From contig JAPLZK010000004.1 of assembly GCA_026395055.1 (NCBI GenBank), positions 18,805 through 82,804 on the forward strand: DNA of 64,000 nt, read 5' to 3'. The first letter of the stretch is position 1, and each line of letters begins with the position of its first letter. The position numbers and the translations under genes are program-made. Below, piece after piece: positions 26,399 through 35,704 of the stretch. The stretch comes from Candidatus Uhrbacteria bacterium. GTDB lineage: Bacteria; Patescibacteriota; Patescibacteriia; UBA9934; GWF2-40-263. Under the pieces are notes generated by a model, which worked only from the letters and a program-made list of their open reading frames with translations, was not told the DNA's origin and did no database searches.

Positions 26399-29121
26399 AA
26401 GGATGGTTCAAACAAAGCGCTGAGAAAGGCATCTTCTGAATTAGGGAACTCTGCGTGTGAAAGATCCTGAGAGCTCCAAACAGTTTTCATCGAATTTGGC
26501 GTGTGAACATGAACGGTTGTGGAACGATTGTTTGCTCCGGATTGCTTTTGTAAGAGAATGGAATAATTTTCTGTTGGGGAAAGACCCAACCAGGATTTAA
26601 TCTCTTCCGTTGTTTTGTTTTTGGCAACGAGCGTGTTGAGAGTGAAGGGGAGCGTGTAGGTAAATGTTGTCACTGTTTCTGTTCCTGGTTTTGTTTGTGT
26701 CCAGTTTCCAAAAACTGTTTTTCCATTTTCTTCATACATTTGCGTGCCACTGTCTTTGTCGATGGTGAAACTTGCATCTGCAAATTGGAGATCCGGGTCT
26801 ACAATCCACGTTGGATCTGGTGTTTCAAACAGGCTGCCTCGTGGAATCGTGAATCCTTCCGCATGTGTAAGGACACTTCCCTTGGGAACGTAGAGTCTTT
26901 GGTAATTGACGTTGTGCGCTCCGGTGAACGGATCAAGCGGATCACCATGATGTTTGCGTGTAATGGTAACGGTGTTTGTGATCTCACCGTTTGAGGCGAC
27001 ATCAACGTTTACATCCACATGTTCGTCTATGACCGCATCCGTTTTTCCTCCACCTAAGTTTGTGTTCACGATCATCAAGTAATCTTTGTCTGTTTGCTTG
27101 AGATCTCCACCCCAACCACGTCCGAGAACCGTTTTTTCGACCGTTTCGTCTGTGAAGTAGAGTTGAATGTCTTTGTCTGCGAGCCCTTTGTTTAATTGAC
27201 CTGCAAGCGTAAGGAATGTGTCTGGAGATTCATGGAGCGCTTTTTCAATGAGCTTTGGAGCGAGCGCGCCAATAAAGGCTTTGGGTTTGTTTTCTGTTTT
27301 GTCGTATTCGTTTTCAACAATTTTCTGTGTTTCGGAAATAAAGTTTTGTTGATTGATCGTTCGATCAAACTCTGGCATTTCAACAGGACCAAGAAGACCG
27401 ATGAGGTCTTGAACGTAATTTGCGTTCACAGCAATCACACCATCTACATCGGATCCTCGTGAATTTTTATAGAACGAAATGATATGTCGCGCACTTGTGC
27501 GAAAATCGGGAAACCAGTTTGCGTCTTGGAACTCCCATTTGGCAGAAAGAAGTTGCAGTGGCCATGGGGCAACAAAGGATTGTTTTTGTTGTCCTTGAAG
27601 ATCGTATGTTCCCCCACCTGGGATATCGAGCTGTTCCATGACGCCGTTATGAACCGTCATCTCGGCAAAGCTTCCCATGAATCCTCCGGTTGGACGAAGT
27701 TCTGTGTTGTTTTGGAAAATGAGCAAGTAATGTTTTGTTTCGTTCGCGCCGAGGATGGTCGAGAGCGCATCGGACAATGAGAGAAAATCTTTTGTGGATG
27801 ATACAAGTGCGGGAAGCGTTGTTGTAAGTTGTGTGTACGTTTCTTTGTGATCGTCATTGATGGCAGTCAGGTCAACGTCTTTCATGGCGTCTTCCGCGGC
27901 AACCAAATGGGGAAGGGCGGAGCTGAGATATAAGTGAAGAATTTCAAGACGAGAGGATGGTGTTGGATTGACTTCTTGTTGCATGGCAGAGAATCCGTCT
28001 GTGATGCGAGAACCGGCAATGGAAAGTTCAGATCCAATTTTGAGAAGAGCGGTATTTGTTTTGACGGATTTTTGTGTTGGTGCAAGTGCAGCAAGGAGAA
28101 GGGAAACTCCGGATCCAAGGGAATCAATGTTTTCTTTTGCTTTTCCGAATTCCACACTCGCTGCGGCAAAATGCGCACCCGCTTCTGTTGGATTGGAAAC
28201 CAAGTTTGCTCCCGCAGCATCTTTCAAACTTTGTAAGGCTTGTGCGCCGTTTGCTTGTGCGTCTGTTTTTGCATCTCGCAAACGGTTCAGAACTTGCATG
28301 GCGTGGAGCGGAAGAACAAAGACGAACGAGAGAAGAACAAACACTCCAATGGTTTGTTGCCATCCGGAAGGCAGGATCAAAAAGTCGAAGGATGGGATCC
28401 AAGAGCGTTTTGGTTTTTCTTCCGGCTCGTCGCTTGTGAGATCTGGAACGTCTTCAACATCAAACAGTGATTCCAAATCTACATACTCGACTTCTTGACC
28501 ACTCGACTCCTCGACTACTTCTTCTTCCGGTAAATCGAAATACGATAAAATATTTTCTGGGAGCATTTTTGGTTCAAAGGAATCGATGGAAACGGATTCT
28601 TGTTTTTGAATACGCAGCGGCATGAGTTCTGGATTCATGCGTGTACGAAACATTATACGCGGATGAAACAACATTCCTTCGAATGTGGTTTTTGGTGCGG
28701 GGGTGTGTGCACTCATTTGGCCCTGAAGATCCGCGAGAGATAACTCGAGATCGTGCGTGGTGTCTGTGAGCGGTTCTTCGTCACGTTCCATTTCTGCTAA
28801 TGCATCTGCAAGGAAATTCAAGTGAATATCCATGTTTGGTTCGTCACGCAAAAGAGATTCTGGTGAGGGAACATGCGGACGAAGTTCTAAGATGAATGGA
28901 GAGAGTGTGGAGGATTCTTGTAGTTGAACGGATGGATTTTCTGCAGAGATGGTTGAGGATGTACGGAAATTTTCTGGGATTGCTTCATCAAAACGTAAGC
29001 CGTCATCAAGCAATGATTGGCGACGCACGGCATTTCTGAGTGCACGCTCAAAAGACACGCGAGAAAGATTTTTTCGCGGTTCTGGTTGTTTTTGGAATTG
29101 GTTAAGAACTTTTTTTGCCAC
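26395..29121 (-). CDS. Very large (908 aa) single-pass membrane protein with extracellular domain (possibly DUF4012-like)
   Basis: TM helix at about residue 250; conserved-looking block FQNNTELRPTGGFMGSFAE. Confidence 0.35.
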   Translation of the reverse strand: MAKKVLNQFQKQPEPRKNLSRVSFERALRNAVRRQSLLDDGLRFDEAIPENFRTSSTISAENPSVQLQESSTLSPFILELRPHVPSPESLLRDEPNMDIHLNFLADALAEMERDEEPLTDTTHDLELSLADLQGQMSAHTPAPKTTFEGMLFHPRIMFRTRMNPELMPLRIQKQESVSIDSFEPKMLPENILSYFDLPEEEVVEESSGQEVEYVDLESLFDVEDVPDLTSDEPEEKPKRSWIPSFDFLILPSGWQQTIGVFVLLSFVFVLPLHAMQVLNRLRDAKTDAQANGAQALQSLKDAAGANLVSNPTEAGAHFAAASVEFGKAKENIDSLGSGVSLLLAALAPTQKSVKTNTALLKIGSELSIAGSRITDGFSAMQQEVNPTPSSRLEILHLYLSSALPHLVAAEDAMKDVDLTAINDDHKETYTQLTTTLPALVSSTKDFLSLSDALSTILGANETKHYLLIFQNNTELRPTGGFMGSFAEMTVHNGVMEQLDIPGGGTYDLQGQQKQSFVAPWPLQLLSAKWEFQDANWFPDFRTSARHIISFYKNSRGSDVDGVIAVNANYVQDLIGLLGPVEMPEFDRTINQQNFISETQKIVENEYDKTENKPKAFIGALAPKLIEKALHESPDTFLTLAGQLNKGLADKDIQLYFTDETVEKTVLGRGWGGDLKQTDKDYLMIVNTNLGGGKTDAVIDEHVDVNVDVASNGEITNTVTITRKHHGDPLDPFTGAHNVNYQRLYVPKGSVLTHAEGFTIPRGSLFETPDPTWIVDPDLQFADASFTIDKDSGTQMYEENGKTVFGNWTQTKPGTETVTTFTYTLPFTLNTLVAKNKTTEEIKSWLGLSPTENYSILLQKQSGANNRSTTVHVHTPNSMKTVWSSQDLSHAEFPNSEDAFLSALFEPSL

Positions 29122-30220
29122 ACGTTTCGTAAATGGTTTGAATCGCTTGTGCCATCTTTTTCCATGAGTAGCGTTTTATTTGTTGGGTTCCTTTTTCAAT
29201 CAGGTTCGCGCGTTTTTGGGAAGAATCAACAAGTGTTGATAAAACGGTCGCCATGTTCTGTGAATCGTTTGGGTTGAAAAATGCGGCGGCGTCCCCAAGG
29301 ATTTCTTTGAGAGATGGAATGTCTGATGCCGCGACCGGAACTCCGACAGACATGGCTTCTAATGGCGGAAGTCCAAAACCTTCAACGCGTGATGGATACA
29401 CATACAGCAAGGCGTTTTGGTAAAGCTCTGCAAGGTGTTTATCTGTTGGGTGGTTGATGAATTCAACGTTTGTTGTTTTGTGTTCAAGAATGCGCTTATA
29501 AAAAACATTTTCTTTTCCTGCCAAAATCAGCGTGAGATCTGGATGTGTTTGTCGAAGAATTGTGAATGCCTCAAGGAGTCTCTCGAGATTCTTATGAGGA
29601 AACGCATTTCCAACGTAGAGCAAATATGGTCTCGAGCCCCCCTCCTTTACAAGGAGGGGTTGGGGGTGGTCGAGCGCAGTCACACCCTCATACACCACTT
29701 CAATCTTTTTTGGGTCAACACCTTCAATATGATGAAGAATGGAATTTGCGGTTGCGTGAGAGACACTGATAACTTTTTTTGCGGCGGTGATGGCGTGAGA
29801 AAGAACAAGTTTGTATCCCCAGTATTTTAGCGTAAAAATCGTTTGATGTCTTGTGGAAATCTTTGAGGAAAATGGTTCGTCGAGCAAAATTAGATCATGG
29901 ATGGTGACGACAAATGGTGTTCGAAGAAAAAGCGGAACGTTGAAGTGAGGGAAGTGGACGAGGTCGAGATGCTCGCGATCAACGATTCCTCCCATTTTCA
30001 GTTGTTCTTCGAGGCCGTACCAGTGAACATCTGCAAGTCGTTTCTCGAAGTTTGGATTCGTAATGACACACGTATCAAAATTCTCTTTTTTTAAAAACAA
30101 AACATAACGGTTCTTGGTGTCGACCATCTGGAGTTCATTCACCAGCTGTTCAACATATCTCCCAAGACCGCCCCCACCCACCATCGGGCCATACATACGT
30201 GCATCGATGCCGATATTCAT
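29102..30220 (-). CDS. Glycosyltransferase family 4 (GT-B) with in-frame palindrome B insertion
   Basis: EGFGLPPLEAMSVGVPV motif; start MNIGIDARMYG. The palindrome translates as PLLVKEGG within the linker before the LYVGNAFPHKN block. Confidence 0.7.
   Translation of the reverse strand: MNIGIDARMYGPMVGGGGLGRYVEQLVNELQMVDTKNRYVLFLKKENFDTCVITNPNFEKRLADVHWYGLEEQLKMGGIVDREHLDLVHFPHFNVPLFLRTPFVVTIHDLILLDEPFSSKISTRHQTIFTLKYWGYKLVLSHAITAAKKVISVSHATANSILHHIEGVDPKKIEVVYEGVTALDHPQPLLVKEGGSRPYLLYVGNAFPHKNLERLLEAFTILRQTHPDLTLILAGKENVFYKRILEHKTTNVEFINHPTDKHLAELYQNALLYVYPSRVEGFGLPPLEAMSVGVPVAASDIPSLKEILGDAAAFFNPNDSQNMATVLSTLVDSSQKRANLIEKGTQQIKRYSWKKMAQAIQTIYETCGKKSS
29627..29649. repeat. Palindromic element B, copy 3 (inside the GT4 CDS, in frame)
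   Basis: CCCCCCTCCTT-tac-AAGGAGGGG. Confidence 0.85.
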
Positions 30221-30346
30221 GAGGGAATTATAGCAGAAAGTCCTGAAGTCGTGGAGTTGTGGAGTGTTGGACAGTGCATATTTTATTCCAATGAAAAACA
30301 CCCGCCGCAGCAAACACAGAATGTGTTGTTGGGACGGGTGTGAGGT

Positions 30347-30826
30347 TTACTTCTTGGCGATGACGGCCACCATTTCCGCGTATCTTTCGCAATCGATGTT
30401 GGTTTGCGAGATCAATCGATCACCATGTCCGTCCATCGTCCGGACCACACGTGCGCTGCACTGCGGTTCATTCTCGGTAGGCGTTTTGCACACAAAGAGC
30501 TCTATGTGTGTGGTTGCATTGCTCCAGGTGGAAACGCACAGAGTCGCGTCTGCACCGGGCGTGAGACGTTTGACGCTTGCCCTTGCGGTCTGGGTGATCG
30601 CGTCGGAGGGATCCACGGCCGGCTTGTTGCAGAGAGCCAATTTCGTCTCCGCATTGTCGGCGCGTGCTTTTTCGAACTTCAGATCCTCAACCAATTTTTC
30701 GTTGGTCTGTTGCAGCAGGTCGATGTGCGCTTGGTCGAGCCTCGCTTGTTTGATCGCTTCGGCGTTGTTGCAGCCGAATACGGACATGAGCAAGAGAATA
30801 CCGATCATCTTGATAAGAGCACGCAT
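30347..30826 (-). CDS. Putative lipoprotein (159 aa)
   Basis: Signal peptide with an LMSVFGC lipobox. Confidence 0.5.
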   Translation of the reverse strand: MRALIKMIGILLLMSVFGCNNAEAIKQARLDQAHIDLLQQTNEKLVEDLKFEKARADNAETKLALCNKPAVDPSDAITQTARASVKRLTPGADATLCVSTWSNATTHIELFVCKTPTENEPQCSARVVRTMDGHGDRLISQTNIDCERYAEMVAVIAKK

Positions 30827-30884
30827 GTTTGCCTCCTCAGTGTGCACGAGATGCCTCTCGAGCAGGGTTGAAATGAACATGTCG

Positions 30885-31568
30885 TTACACTGCCGGTTCG
30901 TCCTTCTTCGGTTCGAACTCGACCGCGTAGTAGCAGACTTCGACGCGATAGCCTTCGCCCTTGCGCACGTCGATGCGCATCAGGCCGGCCCATGCGTGTT
31001 CGAGTTCCTTGAGTTTTATCTCGAGGTCATCGAAGTTTTTGAAGCCGTACGGTTCGAGGTTGTTCTCGTAGAACTTGTCACTGTTACAACCACCACCTTT
31101 GGTGTTGCGTGCCATATCCTCGAGGTACCTCGGCAAGGTCCAGAAGCCGTCGAGCTCGCCCTTGTACCAACCGTTTTCGTTGGCGAACTTGCGACAGGAT
31201 TCCGGAATCCGGAACGCGAGTTCTTTCGCGAGATCCGTCCAGACCTTCATTGCTTCGGCCTCGAGTGCGGCCTTGCGTTCGATTGAACTCTTGAGCGACG
31301 CGACGATCTGGATCTTGAGCCGATTGAATCCGTGGAATCGATCGCACGCGCCTTCAACCGAATCGATTGTCCTCGTGTCGGGCTTGAACGTCCAGCGCAA
31401 GCCGTCTTTCAACAGGACGTGCATATACCCTGCTTCGTCTGGTGCATCGAATGTGACGCACCCGATCGTTTGCGTATAATCGTTGTATAGGCCATGTGGT
31501 CCGATCAATGAAAACACGATTGTCTTTCCTGCGAACCGATCGCGCAATGCTTCGACAGTGAGCTGCAT
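30885..31568 (-). CDS. Hypothetical protein (227 aa)
   Basis: AGGAAACC before the ATG; no motifs. Confidence 0.45.
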   Translation of the reverse strand: MQLTVEALRDRFAGKTIVFSLIGPHGLYNDYTQTIGCVTFDAPDEAGYMHVLLKDGLRWTFKPDTRTIDSVEGACDRFHGFNRLKIQIVASLKSSIERKAALEAEAMKVWTDLAKELAFRIPESCRKFANENGWYKGELDGFWTLPRYLEDMARNTKGGGCNSDKFYENNLEPYGFKNFDDLEIKLKELEHAWAGLMRIDVRKGEGYRVEVCYYAVEFEPKKDEPAV

Positions 31569-31629
31569 GGTTTCCTCCTAAGTGGACGAGGTGCCCCTCG
31601 ACGATTCGTTGTTGTCGAATCGATTTTAG

Positions 31630-31740
31630 CATCTCAGCTCCCACTCACGACCGTTTCGCGAAGGGGAGAAAGACCACGTCATTCACGAATGACGTGGGAG
31701 CGCTCGATAACATTCTCCGAAATGTTATCGAGCGAGAACT
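31630..31740. repeat. Island-2 element D, copy 1 (ATCTCAGCTCCCACTCACGACCGTTTCGCGAAGGGGAGAAAGA + two hairpins)
   Basis: Shares a roughly 40-nt core with 32170-32252 and 33040-33112. Confidence 0.65.
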
Positions 31741-32118
31741 TTACGAAGGTACCTCTGCAAGCGACCGCGTGGAAAGGAAAAGTAGCTTTGTAATGTCTTC
31801 AATGACGAGTTGAAACATGACGATGCAGAACAAGTCCTTTGCCGCCTCATTATCTCTCTTGATTGTATCGCCGGACGCTCCTAGGTTGGTGCAATGGAGA
31901 CTGCGGCAGAAGCCGTAATCCGACCTGTCGAGCGTGTATTCGTAAAGCCGTTTCCCATCACTGACAAGAATGCTGAAGCCTTCATACGGTTTTTCCGCGT
32001 GCTTGATTGCAATCGTGTCGCAACCATGTTCGTTCGGCCAACCGATGTCGTTCTCAAACAATCCACCGTCGAGGTTCTTGAACTTTTCGAGAATTTTCAG
32101 CAATTGTTCGCGTGACAT
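31741..32118 (-). CDS. Hypothetical protein (125 aa)
   Basis: AAAAGG SD upstream of ATG 32118; element D2 lies 50 nt upstream. Confidence 0.45.
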   Translation of the reverse strand: MSREQLLKILEKFKNLDGGLFENDIGWPNEHGCDTIAIKHAEKPYEGFSILVSDGKRLYEYTLDRSDYGFCRSLHCTNLGASGDTIKRDNEAAKDLFCIVMFQLVIEDITKLLFLSTRSLAEVPS

Positions 32119-32169
32119 TCTTTTGCCTTTTGTATGCGCGTTGTGTCGACGCATAGTGTATCGAACGAT

Positions 32170-32252
32170 TGATCTCAGCTTCCATTCGCGACCGTTTCGC
32201 GAAGGGGAGAAAGAGCTCGACGTGATCGCGAGGGGCGATCTGATCGAGTAAG
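32170..32252. repeat. Island-2 element D, copy 2
   Basis: GATCTCAGCTTCCATTCGCGACCGTTTCGCGAAGGGGAGAAAGAGCTCGACGTGATCGCGAGGGGCGATC. Confidence 0.65.
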
Positions 32253-32410
32253 AATGTGAATGAACGTTCTCTCTAGCACAAATCGAGCGAGGTCGCGACC
32301 GGCGCAGTTGCGCGCGGGCCGTCGCCTTCTTCTTTGGTGGATTTGCGGGAGAGCTTTGCATGGAGCAGTTCCAGAAACAATCGCAGCATGAGACTCCTTG
32401 TGCCGGCGAC

Positions 32411-32791
32411 TTAATGCGCGGGCTGGCTGTAGAAATCCGTGATGAACATCTTGCCATTCAAACGACCGCGGCCGAGCCAGACTCGGAGAATGTTCCCGTT
32501 TTTATGGCGGTACGTTCCTTCCGTCACGCCGATCCAATCCTGTTCACCGTTTACTTCGAGGAGCAAATGCCACTCGGCTGGGACGGTTTTGTAGCGCCAC
32601 ATTTTCGTTGCGGCAAACCAGGTGTAATCGAATTCTTGGTGTGCGGGCTTGAAGTCGTGATTGACGACGACTGCATCCGCGACTTCGAGTTCGACACTGA
32701 CCGTGTTGATCAGATGGTAGATACCAGCGACAACGACAGCCAAGACCAGAAGGCCGAGGAGTCCGAGAAGACCGATGACGAACCAATCCAT
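32411..32791 (-). CDS. Membrane-anchored hypothetical protein (126 aa)
   Basis: N-terminal TM helix (FVIGLLGLLGLLVLAVVVAGIY). Confidence 0.45.
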   Translation of the reverse strand: MDWFVIGLLGLLGLLVLAVVVAGIYHLINTVSVELEVADAVVVNHDFKPAHQEFDYTWFAATKMWRYKTVPAEWHLLLEVNGEQDWIGVTEGTYRHKNGNILRVWLGRGRLNGKMFITDFYSQPAH

Positions 32792-32843
32792 TTTTTCCTC
32801 TCTGTGCCGACCCGAGCTTTGGGTGTGCAAGAATTTATGGTGC

Positions 32844-32981
32844 TTAGCGGACCGTCCGCGGCACGTTATTCATTGGAACACTCACCACATGCGGCGGATG
32901 CCAGATGCGGTAGATTCGCGCGCACGTTTTGGGGACGAGCAGAGTGAAGAGAAGCAGAAAAAGTTTCTGTCGGTAGGACAT
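32844..32981 (-). CDS. Small hydrophobic peptide (45 aa)
   Basis: Strong AAGGAG SD 5 nt upstream of ATG 32981; it is below the ORF-track cutoff; element D3 lies upstream. Confidence 0.35.
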   Translation of the reverse strand: MSYRQKLFLLLFTLLVPKTCARIYRIWHPPHVVSVPMNNVPRTVR

Positions 32982-33039
32982 GAGACTCCTTTTTCGAGTT
33001 GTCTCTCAATGTCGATCAAAATGTTCGACGTTTTTTCGA

Positions 33040-33112
33040 ACTTCCATCCACGATACACATCGCGAAGGGGAGAAAGAGCTCGACGCGATCGCGAGAGGCG
33101 ACGTTGTCGAGC
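33040..33112. repeat. Island-2 element D, copy 3
   Basis: ...CGCGAAGGGGAGAAAGAGCTCGACGCGATCGCGAGAGGCGAC..., nearly identical to copy 2 over about 50 nt. Confidence 0.65.
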
Positions 33113-33133
33113 AAGATGGAAATGTGCGTTGTC

Positions 33134-33499
33134 TTAGTACTCCTCGTCATGGATGTAGATCATGACGAGCGCGCCGTTCTTTGACACGAGACCGCCGAGT
33201 GCTTCCACGAGCATCCGCGCTTCCTGGCCGGGCACATCGTCCGGTTCCGCAAGGTGCCACCGTATGTGGAAGTCATTGACGCCGAGGACGAGGGCCAGAT
33301 AGTGAGCGAGTTCTTTCTCGCTCTCGACTTGCGTGACGATGGCACGGACGCAGATTTGTCGCTCCGTTTGCGTCATGGTCTCGTAGGTCTTCCGCATGTT
33401 GAGGATGAGATGCTTGCCCATCAACTGAGTGAGCGTATCGCGGGACCGTGAACGATTCACAACTCGCTTGATGACTGGATTTTGCAGAACTGCAACCAT
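33134..33499 (-). CDS. Hypothetical protein (121 aa)
   Basis: AGGAG SD upstream of ATG 33499. Confidence 0.45.
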   Translation of the reverse strand: MVAVLQNPVIKRVVNRSRSRDTLTQLMGKHLILNMRKTYETMTQTERQICVRAIVTQVESEKELAHYLALVLGVNDFHIRWHLAEPDDVPGQEARMLVEALGGLVSKNGALVMIYIHDEEY

Positions 33500-33551
33500 G
33501 AATTCTCCTGTTGTCGACGAATTGAATCGTGGGCGTTGTTGCTGGTTGAAC

Positions 33552-33896
33552 TTACTCCGCGAGCAGATAATCCACGACGCGGCGGTAGGTGCGGGCGGCC
33601 TTGGCCTGATCCGTGACAAGTGTCCGTGTGCCAACTTGGCCACGATAGCCTTCGATGTTCGAATAGCGCACGCACTTGATCTCGCCCGCCTCTTCGAGGA
33701 CGCGCAGCGAGGCGTATGGTTGCTCCTTGTCTACGACGTAGATGGCGAAACCGTCTGATGTGAGGTCGAGCAGGAGCGGTGCTTCGGTCCGTTTCAGGAA
33801 CGCGAAGAGCGCTCTCCAGAACCGTTGCGCCGCTGGATCTTGATCGATCGCGTTGAAGTCAATCAAAACTTGTTGCACGTTCACGTGAATTTCCAT
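33552..33896 (-). CDS. Hypothetical protein (114 aa)
   Basis: The GCGAGATCGCGTCGGC dyad lies immediately upstream of the ATG. Confidence 0.45.
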   Translation of the reverse strand: MEIHVNVQQVLIDFNAIDQDPAAQRFWRALFAFLKRTEAPLLLDLTSDGFAIYVVDKEQPYASLRVLEEAGEIKCVRYSNIEGYRGQVGTRTLVTDQAKAARTYRRVVDYLLAE

Positions 33897-33929
33897 GCCG
33901 ACGCGATCTCGCGTAAGCGTTGTTCTCGA

Positions 33930-34226
33930 TCAATGCACCAAGCTCTGCGAACGTCGCAAAGCGGAACCCCATTCCTTCATTGCTTGGGTCCGGATCCAGA
34001 CCTCGAGGGTTTCACGCGAGCGCGAAGCCTTGAGGAGGTGTCCACCCCAAAAAATCGTATCACCCTCGATTGGGACCTCGAGGGTGTGTGTCTCCCAACC
34101 GACTTCGATGTCGATTGCGATCACGAGACCGCGTTGGTTGATCAGCCACTCTCCGTCCTTGGGTGCACCGGCGTGGATTTCCACGATGCGGCTGTTTGGC
34201 GGCATCACAATGGCGAGGTGTGCCAT
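33930..34226 (-). CDS. Hypothetical protein (98 aa)
   Basis: CGCGAAATCGCGTCGGC dyad followed by AAGGAG SD. Confidence 0.45.
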   Translation of the reverse strand: MAHLAIVMPPNSRIVEIHAGAPKDGEWLINQRGLVIAIDIEVGWETHTLEVPIEGDTIFWGGHLLKASRSRETLEVWIRTQAMKEWGSALRRSQSLVH

Positions 34227-34396
34227 TTAATATTCTCCTTGCCGACGCGATTTCGCGCGGGCGTGTCATGGTTATTTCTTAACTTGAGTCTTCGATCAAG
34301 AGAGATAATCGAATGCTCGAGAAAAGCCATGTCGTTACAGGAACGACATGGAAGGCTCGATGCTCGTCATGAGTGACAAGGTGTCGAGTGGGAATG

Positions 34397-34621
34397 CTAG
34401 GCGCAGAGCAGGCGCGCCAGGTTGGCGTCGAACTGGTGGGGTTGTTCGTCGTCACGAACGTCGAGTCGCGACACCCGTTCGCGCAGTTCGGTTGCGATCA
34501 TCGCGTCCTCGCCGTCGATGAGGTGTGGGCGATGCCGGAACTCGAACTCGCGGCGCGTGATGACGCGATCGCTCGGACGGTAGACGCGACGCGAACGATT
34601 GGGACTGGAATTGGAACGCAT
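34397..34621 (-). CDS. Hypothetical protein (74 aa)
   Basis: AGGAG SD upstream of the ATG. Confidence 0.4.
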   Translation of the reverse strand: MRSNSSPNRSRRVYRPSDRVITRREFEFRHRPHLIDGEDAMIATELRERVSRLDVRDDEQPHQFDANLARLLCA

Positions 34622-34712
34622 GAGTCTCCTGTGCTCCGATTTTTATTCGGCGCAAGTCTTGAATCTTCTCCTCAGACCGACCATCACCATGCGACATTCG
34701 CAAATGCTGGGC

Positions 34713-34813
34713 GGTATCGAGTCCGCGAGCAGTGAAGCTGCTCGCGGCAAGTCGAAATGATTTCAAAGAGCGAAACTCGTTCAGCGCGAAGCTGATTGAG
34801 AGGGTGAGCGGGT
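34713..34813. repeat. Island-2 element C, copy a (~105-nt conserved element with covarying hairpin, loop TGAAGC)
   Basis: CCGCGAGCAG-TGAAGC-TGCTCGCGG hairpin, then TTTCAAAGAGC...GCGCGAAGCT..GAGAGG. Confidence 0.7.
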
Positions 34814-34824
34814 TGTGCGGAAGC

Positions 34825-35034
34825 CTACGCGCGCCACTTGGTGCGGCGGAAGTTCTTCCAGGTGCGGCTGTTGCGCGGACGATTGATGTCATCGTACGCA
34901 CTCGGGACAGTGCTCGTGGTGCGGCGATTCTTGAGCTTGAAGCTCACAAAGTCGCCGTCGAACGCATCCACTTCGAGCGCGTGACGCGCACGAATCTCCT
35001 GGGTCGTATTCATGCCGCGATGAGGATCATACAT
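34825..35034 (-). CDS. Hypothetical protein (69 aa), weak start context
   Basis: ORF only; weak SD. Confidence 0.3.
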   Translation of the reverse strand: MYDPHRGMNTTQEIRARHALEVDAFDGDFVSFKLKNRRTTSTVPSAYDDINRPRNSRTWKNFRRTKWRA

Positions 35035-35100
35035 GTTGAGTACCTGAGAAGGCGTGATTGCCTATCTCATGACGGGCCTCCTTTGTGCGGTGTTGATTGC

Positions 35101-35358
35101 CTAGTTGTGTTCGCGTTCCCAGCGACGGTTTTTGCTTTCCGGCTCTGCGATCGCACGTTCGATCACCTTGTCGATGTGCGGCAGGAATCCTTCGGGCTGC
35201 GTCGTGGGCCAGCTCTTCTCGATCGCTTCTTGGTAGAGGTAATCGCGAATCTGTTCACGCGTCATCGGCTCGGTGATGTAACCGTCCGAGACCGTAGTCC
35301 ACATGCGGAAATGCAACGAACCATCTTTCTTCGTACGCGCATGCACAACGTGTGCCAT
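35101..35358 (-). CDS. Hypothetical protein (85 aa)
   Basis: GTGCGAAATCGCATCGGC dyad followed by AAAGGAAA upstream of the ATG. Confidence 0.45.
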   Translation of the reverse strand: MAHVVHARTKKDGSLHFRMWTTVSDGYITEPMTREQIRDYLYQEAIEKSWPTTQPEGFLPHIDKVIERAIAEPESKNRRWEREHN

Positions 35359-35405
35359 GTTTTCCTTTATGTGCCGATGCGATTTCGCACGGGCGGGTTG
35401 GTTGA

Positions 35406-35630
35406 TTACTTCTTGTACTGCTTGTTTCCGACCATGAGTCCGATCATGCCGAGGGCGGCGTAGGTCGGCAGCATCATGTAGTAGCCAGTCTTCTGTATGA
35501 ACACGAGCGACGTGATCTCCTCGCCCTTCGCGGTTTTTTCGATGAGATCGACGGCGTCCTTGTTCAACGTGTAGCCGCAAAGCTGCGACAGGAGGAAGCA
35601 CAACAGACCAAGCAAAATATTCGTAAGCAC
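35406..35630 (-). CDS. Small 2-TM membrane protein (74 aa, GTG start)
   Basis: GGAG 8 nt upstream of the GTG; CGCGAGATCGCGTCGAC dyad upstream. Confidence 0.35.
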   Translation of the reverse strand: MLTNILLGLLCFLLSQLCGYTLNKDAVDLIEKTAKGEEITSLVFIQKTGYYMMLPTYAALGMIGLMVGNKQYKK

Positions 35631-35704
35631 TGGCAGACTCCACTGTCGACGCGATCTCGCGTAGACGTTCTCACTCTGCTTCGCGCACCACGTATCCGCC
35701 AATC

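Noticed and set aside
30264-31286. 340-aa plus-strand ORF, plus other plus-strand ORFs in island 2 (34732-35463, 36222-36806, 36992-37573)
   Set aside because: They are antisense to the SD-bearing minus-strand cassette genes, span conserved spacer elements, and are Arg/Cys-rich without a start context.
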